Below, one piece after another: positions 16,463-23,086 of a stretch of 40,799 nt of DNA (its first letter is position 1; each line of letters starts with the position of its first letter). Location: assembly GCA_038257655.1 (NCBI GenBank), contig JBBSJC010000002.1, positions 1 through 40,799 of the forward strand, in the 5' to 3' direction. A program made the translations under genes and the position numbers. The notes under the pieces were generated by a model. That model saw only the letters and a program-made list of their open reading frames with translations, did no database searches and was not told where the DNA came from. The stretch is from Polyangiales bacterium. Its GTDB lineage: Bacteria; Myxococcota_A; Polyangia; Polyangiales; DASUME01.

Positions 16463-16797
16463 ATGGCGACTTTCATCTTCTTGCACGGCCGCTTAGACTC
16501 TCCGAGCGTGCCTTCGGCCGCGTGCCCAAGGTGTACATCGCGTGCACGGAGGATCGCGCCGTCACCCTTGCCTTGCAACAGCGCATGGTTCGCGATTCAC
16601 CCTGCGATCGCGTGCTGTCGCTGGCCAGCGGCCACTCGCCGTTCTTCAGCTGCCCGGACGCCTTGGTCGCCCTGCTTCTCTCGAGCTACGCCACCTTTGA
16701 AGATAGGCGACTAAGGTCCGTGCACGTCGGGGATGTCGGGTCGCAGCCAGCGCAGCGCCCCCGGCGCCCACTTTCTCGCACGCGCTTTACAGCGTAG
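16463..16797 (+). pseudogene. alpha/beta-hydrolase relic with large internal deletion and frameshift
   Basis: An intact SD (GGAGG) and the ATG at 16463 encode MATFIFLHG, the canonical N-terminal strand and oxyanion region. The frame then becomes nonsense. A second frame from about 16519 gives RVPKVYIACTEDRAVTLALQQRMVRDSPCDRVLSLASGHSPFFSCPDALVALLL. This is the C-terminal Asp/His region of methylesterase-type alpha/beta hydrolases. The nucleophile-elbow part, about 130 codons, is missing. Confidence 0.6.
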
Positions 16798-16847
16798 ATT
16801 CATGTAGCTCAGATACATCTCCTGGCCGAAGTGGATCGATCAACATC

Positions 16848-18248
16848 ATGTCCAACGCGCTCACGCCAAATGTTCTCGCTCAAATCGAACGCGAGTTTCC
16901 CGCTGACTTTCTCAGCCGCGAGGCCGAGGACCTCGAAGAGTATGGTCGAGACTGGACTCGCGTGTACGCGCCCGCTCCTTGCGCGATCGCGCTTCCGCGC
17001 AGCACCGACGAGGTCGCGAGGTTGCTCAAGCTGTGCGATCAAGCCGGCGTTGCCGTCGTGCCGTCTGGCGGCCGCACGGGCCTGGCGGGTGGTGCGGTCG
17101 CAAAAAATGGCGAGCTCGTGCTGTCGCTTGCGCGCATGCGCCGCATGGACGCGGTCGACCTGCTCGGCGCCACCGTGCGCGTGCAGGCTGGTGCAATCAC
17201 CGAGGCCGTTCACCAACACTGTGCCCCGCACGGTCTTACCTGGCCTGTCGACTTCGCCTCAAAAGGGTCGAGCCAAGTCGGCGGAAATATCGCGACCAAC
17301 GCGGGCGGCGTGAAAGTGATTCGGTATGGCCTAACCCGCCAGTGGGTCTTGGGCCTGCAAGTCGTCACCGCCGAGGGCCAGGTCCTGGAGCTGAATGGAG
17401 CGCTTGAGAAGAACAACACGGGGCTTGACCTGAGACAGCTGTTCATCGGCTCCGAAGGCATTCTCGGTGTCGTCACCGAAGCTGTTCTCAAGCTGACGCG
17501 CATGCCGGAGCGTCAATCGGTGTTGTTGTTCGCGGTGCCCGATGTCGGCGCCGTGCTGACGCTGTTTCGTGATGCGCGCCGCTCACCGTTCACCATCGCA
17601 GCCTACGAGTTCTTCAGCGATCGCTGCCTGGAGCGCGTAAAACGCCACCGCCGTTTGCGCTCGCCCTTTGACACTGCCTATCCTTACTTTGTGTTGCTCG
17701 AGCTCGAGAACGCCGAAGAGGACGCGCTTGAGACCTGGCTTGCTTCGCTCTTCGAGCGCGAGCTCATTCTCGATGGCACGTTGGCGCAGAACTCTTCACA
17801 AGCGGCCGAGCTGTGGTCTTTGCGCGAGGGCATCAGCGAGAGCTTGAGCGCGACCGGTGTACCGCACAAAAACGACATCGCGCTGCCGGTCGCCGCGCTC
17901 GAAGCCTTCTGCGGAGAGCTCGAAGCGGTATTCAAGACGACTTATCCCGACTGGGAAATAGCGCTCTTCGGTCATATCGGCGACGGTAATCTGCACGTCA
18001 ACATCATGAAGCCCGAGGCGCTCGACAGGCCTGAGTTCTTCAAGCGCACAGCGGAGGCGGACCATACGATGTTCAGGCTCGTACAGAAGCACTCAGGCAG
18101 CATCTCGGCGGAACATGGCATCGGCTTACTCAAAAAGCCTTATCTCAACTACTCACGTACCCCGGAAGAAATCGCGCTTCTCAAATCGGTCAAGCGCGCC
18201 CTCGATCCGAATAACACCCTCAATCCCGGCAAGATCATCGACGTGTGA
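16848..18248 (+). CDS. FAD-linked oxidase (GlcD / D-lactate / D-2-hydroxyglutarate dehydrogenase family)
   Basis: 466 aa. The FAD-binding PCMH domain reads VVPSGGRTGLAGGAV...GGNIATNAGGVKVIRYG. The C-terminal oxidase domain ends SAEHGIGLLKKPYL...LDPNNTLNPGKI. The gene converges on serA. Confidence 0.85.
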   Translation: MSNALTPNVLAQIEREFPADFLSREAEDLEEYGRDWTRVYAPAPCAIALPRSTDEVARLLKLCDQAGVAVVPSGGRTGLAGGAVAKNGELVLSLARMRRMDAVDLLGATVRVQAGAITEAVHQHCAPHGLTWPVDFASKGSSQVGGNIATNAGGVKVIRYGLTRQWVLGLQVVTAEGQVLELNGALEKNNTGLDLRQLFIGSEGILGVVTEAVLKLTRMPERQSVLLFAVPDVGAVLTLFRDARRSPFTIAAYEFFSDRCLERVKRHRRLRSPFDTAYPYFVLLELENAEEDALETWLASLFERELILDGTLAQNSSQAAELWSLREGISESLSATGVPHKNDIALPVAALEAFCGELEAVFKTTYPDWEIALFGHIGDGNLHVNIMKPEALDRPEFFKRTAEADHTMFRLVQKHSGSISAEHGIGLLKKPYLNYSRTPEEIALLKSVKRALDPNNTLNPGKIIDV

Positions 18249-18261
18249 GCCGAAACGCGCG

Positions 18262-18278
18262 AGCGCGCCAAGCGCGCT
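18262..18278. terminator. GC-rich hairpin between convergent genes (possible bidirectional terminator)
   Basis: AGCGCGC-CAA-GCGCGCT has a 7-bp perfect stem and a 3-nt loop. It fills the 29-nt gap between the two stop codons. There is no clear U-tract. Confidence 0.35.
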
Positions 18279-19528
18279 TAGTACAAGATCCGGGTGCGAA
18301 TGCTCGTGGTGAGCGCCGCGATATCATCGCGCACGTCGTTCGACACGCTTTGATCGAGGTCCATGATCAGGTAGCCGATGTCCGCATCAGTCGCGAGCAT
18401 CTGCGCTTGGATGTTGGCGTTGCGATCGGACACGATGCGGTTCACGTCGCGCAGCACGCCCGGCACGTTGCGATGCACATTCAAGATCCGGTGCCTGCCG
18501 AACACCTGCGGCATCTCGAGCTGCGGAAAGTTCACCGCGCCGACGCTCGCGCCCGTGTTCACATAGCGAATCAACGATGTGGCAACCTCCCGCCCGATCG
18601 AAGCCTGCGCTTCGCCCGTGGAGCCGCCGATGTGAGGTGTAAGGACGACGTTGGGTAAGTTCTGCAGCTCGCTAACGAAGCCGTCCTGGTTGGACTCGGG
18701 CTCTTCTGGATACACGTCAATCGCGGCGCCCGCGAGATGTCCGCTTTTGAGCGCCGCAACGAGCGCCGGAATCTGCACCACGGTGCCGCGGCTCAAGTTC
18801 AGCAGATACGCGCCGGGATGCATGAGCGCGAGCTCAGCCGCACCGATCATTTCGTGCGTCTCGCTCGTGGCCGGTACGTGTAGCGTCACGAAATCGGCTT
18901 CCTGCAGCAGCTCTGCCAGGGTTTCGCACGGGCGGTTGTTACCCATAGGCAGCCTGGTCGAGCGGTCGTAGAAGATCACGCGCATGCCCAGCATCTCGGC
19001 GATCACGCCGACCTGACGGCCGATGTGTCCGTAACCGACAATGCCCACGGTCTTGCCGCGGATTTCGTAGGATCCCGTGGCGACCTTGCGCCACTTGCCG
19101 ACGTGCACCTCGTGCGAGCGGTCACCGAGCTGTCGCGCGAGCATGATGATCTCCGCGATGATCATCTCGGCCACGCTTCGTGTGTTGCTGAAGGGGGCAT
19201 TGAACACCGGCACGCCCCGAAGGTTGGCGGCGTTGAGCTCGACTTGGTTCGTGCCGATACAAAAGCAGCCGACGGCGAGCAAGCGCCTAGCATCGGCCAG
19301 TGCTGCGGCGGTGACACGCGTCTTGCTGCGAATACCAAGCAGGTGCACATCGGCGATGCGTTTTGCGAGCTCGGCCTCGGGCAGTGCGCCGCTAAGCCGT
19401 TCGACTTGATACGATTCGCTCGCAAACATCGCGTGGGCGGTGTCGTGAATGTTCTCGAGCAGGAGAACCTTGATCTTTTCCTTGGGAAAAGACGTGGTGA
19501 TTGGCTGGCTCGTGGGGCTGTCGGACAT
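18278..19528 (-). CDS. serA: D-3-phosphoglycerate dehydrogenase with C-terminal ACT domain
   Basis: 416 aa, colinear with E. coli SerA: KIKVLLLENIH, AVGCFCIGTNQVELNAA...GVPVFNAPFSNTRSVAE, GIVGYGHIGRQVG, LSRGTVV, LTPHIGGST, then an ACT-like tail ending IRTRILY. Confidence 0.93.
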   Translation of the reverse strand: MSDSPTSQPITTSFPKEKIKVLLLENIHDTAHAMFASESYQVERLSGALPEAELAKRIADVHLLGIRSKTRVTAAALADARRLLAVGCFCIGTNQVELNAANLRGVPVFNAPFSNTRSVAEMIIAEIIMLARQLGDRSHEVHVGKWRKVATGSYEIRGKTVGIVGYGHIGRQVGVIAEMLGMRVIFYDRSTRLPMGNNRPCETLAELLQEADFVTLHVPATSETHEMIGAAELALMHPGAYLLNLSRGTVVQIPALVAALKSGHLAGAAIDVYPEEPESNQDGFVSELQNLPNVVLTPHIGGSTGEAQASIGREVATSLIRYVNTGASVGAVNFPQLEMPQVFGRHRILNVHRNVPGVLRDVNRIVSDRNANIQAQMLATDADIGYLIMDLDQSVSNDVRDDIAALTTSIRTRILY

Positions 19529-19648
19529 GGCGACTCCGGGTGGCGCTCTTACGCGATCAAGCTGCTCGATTCAAGACCTACAGGGGTCCGCGTGAGGAGC
19601 GTGGCGGAGCGCCTTGACGCGAAGCCCGCGCCCTTCCACGTCTTCGGC

Positions 19649-20431
19649 ATGGCAAAAAAAACAACAGGTGAAGCCGTCGCATCGCTGCGCGGCCCAAAGT
19701 TGATCAAGAAGGCGATCGAGGCTGGGCGCGCGGAGGCGCTTTCCGATCCGGAGCCCGTCGCGGCGGTGCTGCTCAAGAAGCTTACTCTTCCGAATGGGGA
19801 GCCCATCTCGCCTTCGATGAAAGAGTTGCTCAAGGTTGACTCGCTTTGGCTGGGCATCGAATTCGACGACGAGGAAGGCGACATCGAATCGGTATCGCTC
19901 GAGGACCTGATCGAAGACGAGTTTGGCAAAGAGGCGCTGACGTCGTTCGGCGAAGCTATCGATCTGTTCGGCGGTGAGTGCATCGTGCTGGGCGGAGCAT
20001 CTGATGCGTTGCGCTTCTTGTATGTCGGGGAGGCTGACGAGTCCGGGGAGTACGCCGTGCTGACGGCTACAAAGGATCCTGCATGGATCGGTGGCTTTGT
20101 ACCCTTTGACGTATGGGTCGCTCAGGAGCTCGGTGTGCTCGATGCAGGAGCGACGACCGGCGCTGCGCCCGCAGCACACGAAGCGACTGCGCAGGCCTTG
20201 GCCGACCTGAATGGCGATGGCCGCCTCGGCTTTGAGCCAAAGCCCGGTGAGCGCGATGAAGCCGCCGGTAGCGCTGATGATGATGACGAAGACGAAGACG
20301 ACGAAGATGAGGAAACGGAAGAGAGCGAGGACACTGCGGGTTCCGCCGATACGGACGATGCGGACGAGCTCGATGAAGAGGACGACGCCGATGAGGACGA
20401 AGAGGAGGAAGCGAGCAAGGAAGTGCAGTGA
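19649..20431 (+). CDS. hypothetical protein with extremely acidic C-terminal tail
   Basis: 260 aa from the ATG at 19649 (MAKKTTGEAV...). The 468-aa track ORF is an antisense extension over serA and is discounted. The central region (LPNGEPISPSMKELLKV...GGECIVLGG...YAVLTA) is vaguely SMI1/KNR4 (SUKH)-like. The last 60 or so residues are almost entirely D/E (DDDDEDEDDEDEETEESED...DEEDDADEDEEEE). Confidence 0.6.
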   Translation: MAKKTTGEAVASLRGPKLIKKAIEAGRAEALSDPEPVAAVLLKKLTLPNGEPISPSMKELLKVDSLWLGIEFDDEEGDIESVSLEDLIEDEFGKEALTSFGEAIDLFGGECIVLGGASDALRFLYVGEADESGEYAVLTATKDPAWIGGFVPFDVWVAQELGVLDAGATTGAAPAAHEATAQALADLNGDGRLGFEPKPGERDEAAGSADDDDEDEDDEDEETEESEDTAGSADTDDADELDEEDDADEDEEEEASKEVQ

Positions 20432-20671
20432 ACCTTCGCTCCCGCGCACATGCGAGCACGTGGTGCGTATCGGTCAATCGGTGACCCGTGCCTGTTGGCT
20501 CCGCCCATAAGGACGCGCGAGCACTGCTTGGGGCGGGCTAAACAGTCCCTCCAAATGCACGGAAATCACGGGTAAAATCGGCCTAGGACGATCCGTCGAC
20601 CAGGCGGCACGCATGTTGCCATAGGTCCGGCGATGCGTGACGGCGGTCTCGCGCAGTGGAGGATTAAAGCC

Positions 20672-21199
20672 ATGGCTCAATACGACGGTTCAACGGCTCA
20701 GTGCCTGGTCTACAGCTTCAAAGACGGTCTGCTCTCCAAGATCGCGCACGATCTAAAGCACCGAGCGACCCGTTTTTCGATCCAGGTGGACGATCAGTTT
20801 AGCGCGGTGCAAGCCAGCATCGACGCGGCCTCGCTTCACGTCGAATGTGTGATGAAGGAGGGGGTCGAGGCCAGCAATGGTATCAGCGACGCCGACAAGC
20901 GTAAGATCGAGCAGCAGATCGTGGACGACGTGCTCGAAGCAAAACAACATCCCACCATCGATTTCCGTTCAACGTCGGTTCAACAGGTGCCTGAAGGCTA
21001 TCGCATCGAAGGACTCGTGCGCATGCACGGCACCGAGAAGCCGATCGTGAGTATTGCGCGCCGTGAAAACGGCCACTACAGCGCGGACCTTACGCTCCAT
21101 CAGCCGGACTTCGGCATCAAGCCGTTCTCCGCCATGCTGGGCACGCTGAAGATCAAGCCCGACGTCGTCGTGCGTTTGATCGTGCCAGCCAAGAGCTGA
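20672..21199 (+). CDS. YceI-like domain protein
   Basis: 175 aa from the ATG at 20672, preceded by GGAGGA. The pattern HPTIDFRSTSVQQVPEGYRIEGLVRMHGTEKPIV...LTLHQPDFGIKPFSAMLGTLKIKPDVVVRLIV matches the YceI lipid/polyisoprenoid-binding fold. No signal peptide is apparent. Confidence 0.7.
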   Translation: MAQYDGSTAQCLVYSFKDGLLSKIAHDLKHRATRFSIQVDDQFSAVQASIDAASLHVECVMKEGVEASNGISDADKRKIEQQIVDDVLEAKQHPTIDFRSTSVQQVPEGYRIEGLVRMHGTEKPIVSIARRENGHYSADLTLHQPDFGIKPFSAMLGTLKIKPDVVVRLIVPAKS

Positions 21200-21206
21200 G
21201 CGCGCT

Positions 21207-21367
21207 CTAGAGCACCGAACACCTTGAATCCTATGAAATCCTGCGCCTTTCGCCGCCATCACGGTCTATGTCCTCGGTCCGACCCTCAGGTCGAGCCTGC
21301 GGGCGCAACCGCGCTGACGGCGAAATGCTTGGATTTCATCACGGATTCAAGGTGTTCGGTGCTCTAG
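21207..21367. repeat. 161-nt long imperfect palindrome (MITE-like element or structured RNA / terminator)
   Basis: The outer arms CTAGAGCACCGAACACCTTGAATCC (21207-21231) and GGATTCAAGGTGTTCGGTGCTCTAG (21343-21367) are 25/25 complementary. Next, ATGAAATCC (21233-21241) pairs with GGATTTCAT (21331-21339) at 9/9. Then 21245-21260 pairs with 21313-21328 at 13/16. The apical hairpin CGACC-CTCA-GGTCG (21280-21293) is centred exactly on the element midpoint. The arms are bounded by CTAG on both sides. Confidence 0.8.
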
Positions 21368-21418
21368 GATTCGCAAGTCGGCGCGCGTCGCCCGCTTGCA
21401 AGGTGGCGCGCGAATCCT
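21366..21418. repeat. second inverted repeat sharing the GGATTC half-site, just upstream of the next gene
   Basis: AGGATTCGC (21366-21374) pairs with GCGAATCCT (21410-21418) at 9/9, with a 35-nt GC-rich spacer. It ends 12 nt before the ATG at 21431. Confidence 0.5.
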
Positions 21419-21430
21419 ATTCTCGTTGGG

Positions 21431-22147
21431 ATGCCTAAAGCATACACCGAGTGGGTAATTCTTCCGCATGGGCCGATCGAGAAACTCGCCGACAATTTGT
21501 GGTGGGTAGAGGGCTCGTTGCCAGGTATGTCGCTGAAGCGCACGATGACAATTGTGCGCCTGGCGAACGGTAAGCTCGTGATCCACAACGGTATCGCGCT
21601 CGGACCTGACGCGATGGCGCAGATCGAGGCCTGGGGTAATCCCGCATTTCTGATCGTACCCAACGGCTCGCATCGACTCGACGCCCCCGCCTACAAAAAG
21701 CGTTACCCGGCCTTACGCGTATTCGCGCCCAGGAACGCGCGCAGCAAGGTTGAAGAGGTCGTCGCAGTCGATGACGTGTTCGACAACTATCCGGGCGACG
21801 ACGCCGTGCAGGTTCAAACGCTCAGTGGCGTAGGCGAGAACGAGGGCGCGATGATCGTAAGGTCCGCAGACGGCGTGACGGTCGTACTCAACGACGCCGT
21901 CTTCAACATGGACCGAAAGCGCGATCTTCTCGGGTTCTTTTTCACGACGCTGCTTGGTTCTGCACCCGGGCCGCGCGTATCACGTCTGGTCAAGCTGCTC
22001 TTCATCAAGGACAAACGTGCCTTGCGCGCCGACCTCGAACGTTTTGCTGGCCTGCCGGGGTTGACCCGGCTAGTAGTGGCGCACGAGAAGGTTGCTCATG
22101 GGCCAGATGCCGCCCAAGCGCTGCGCACCGCGGCAACCTACCTCTAA
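21431..22147 (+). CDS. DUF4336-like protein (metallo-beta-lactamase-fold-like hypothetical)
   Basis: 238 aa. LADNLWWVEGSLPGMSLKRTMTIVRLANGKLVIHNGIAL...NPAFLIVPNGSHRLDAPAYKKRYPALRVFAP fits my recollection of DUF4336. Its stop overlaps the convergent VOC gene stop within CTAA (22144-22147). Confidence 0.6.
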   Translation: MPKAYTEWVILPHGPIEKLADNLWWVEGSLPGMSLKRTMTIVRLANGKLVIHNGIALGPDAMAQIEAWGNPAFLIVPNGSHRLDAPAYKKRYPALRVFAPRNARSKVEEVVAVDDVFDNYPGDDAVQVQTLSGVGENEGAMIVRSADGVTVVLNDAVFNMDRKRDLLGFFFTTLLGSAPGPRVSRLVKLLFIKDKRALRADLERFAGLPGLTRLVVAHEKVAHGPDAAQALRTAATYL

Positions 22148-22986
22148 GCACCGTCGCGGCCTGGATCGCGCAGGATGAGCGTGGGTACGCCGCAGGTGCC
22201 GTCTTTGACGCTGTACACGCGCGTGTTGGGTTTGATGCCGGCGCGCGTCTCGTCGACTCTGAAGCCAGAGGCACGCATGCGCGCGTGCGTAGCGTCGAGA
22301 TCGCGCACGCGATAGGTCGCACCATAAAACACGTCTGTAGCGCCGAGCGTCCGATCTTCGACCACTTCTAGGGTCACCCCGCCCACACGAAAGAACAGCA
22401 TGCGGACGTCTCCAAACATCCGATCCAGCGCCAGGCGGATACCGAGCCCCTCGCCATACAGCGCTATGGCAGCGTCTATGTTAGCGGTGCGAATGACCAC
22501 GTGATCGAGCGCGAATACCCCATCGCTTGCGGGAGCTGCGGAGCGCAGGGCGGCGCTATCCGACCTCTCTACGACATAGACCGAAAGCCCGCGGGTCATG
22601 CGCGGCGAAAGGTCGATGGTGCGGTAGCTACGCAGGTGGCCGCTAGCATCGCGGGCTTGGCCGGGTTGGGGCAGTGTCGCGCGCAGACCGCGTGCGCGCA
22701 GACTGTCACTGCACGCGTCGGCGTCGGGTGTGCCCCACGCGACCGCATACAGTCCCTCATCCCTTGCTTCGAGAAGCTCGCGCATGCCCGTAGCTTCGGG
22801 CGCGCCGTCAATCGGCCCCACAAGCTCGATCAATGCATTGCACAAGCCAAACAGCGCACTGTGCGTGCCAAGATCGGGATGAACGCCGCGCCAGGAGGGG
22901 GCGATGCCGAACAGCCGCTGATAGCTCTGGACTGCAGCATCCAAGTCTTTTACGAGAATAGTAAGGTGGTCGAAGCTCGTCAGCAT
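22144..22986 (-). CDS. two-domain VOC (glyoxalase/dioxygenase) family protein
   Basis: 280 aa from the ATG at 22984-22986, with an AAGGAG SD. There are two glyoxalase-type modules: FDHLTILVKDLDAAVQSYQRLFG and LDHVVIRTANIDAAIALYGEGLG. The track ORF start at 23121 runs into the upstream gene and is discounted. Confidence 0.8.
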   Translation of the reverse strand: MLTSFDHLTILVKDLDAAVQSYQRLFGIAPSWRGVHPDLGTHSALFGLCNALIELVGPIDGAPEATGMRELLEARDEGLYAVAWGTPDADACSDSLRARGLRATLPQPGQARDASGHLRSYRTIDLSPRMTRGLSVYVVERSDSAALRSAAPASDGVFALDHVVIRTANIDAAIALYGEGLGIRLALDRMFGDVRMLFFRVGGVTLEVVEDRTLGATDVFYGATYRVRDLDATHARMRASGFRVDETRAGIKPNTRVYSVKDGTCGVPTLILRDPGRDGA

Positions 22987-23086
22987 CCGTCGCTCCTTGG
23001 CGCGCAATGGCGGTAAAAGCCTAGCGCGAAGCGAGTCGACGAGAAGCCGAAGGCGACTCCGCCACCCCTGACGTGCGTTTAGCGAG

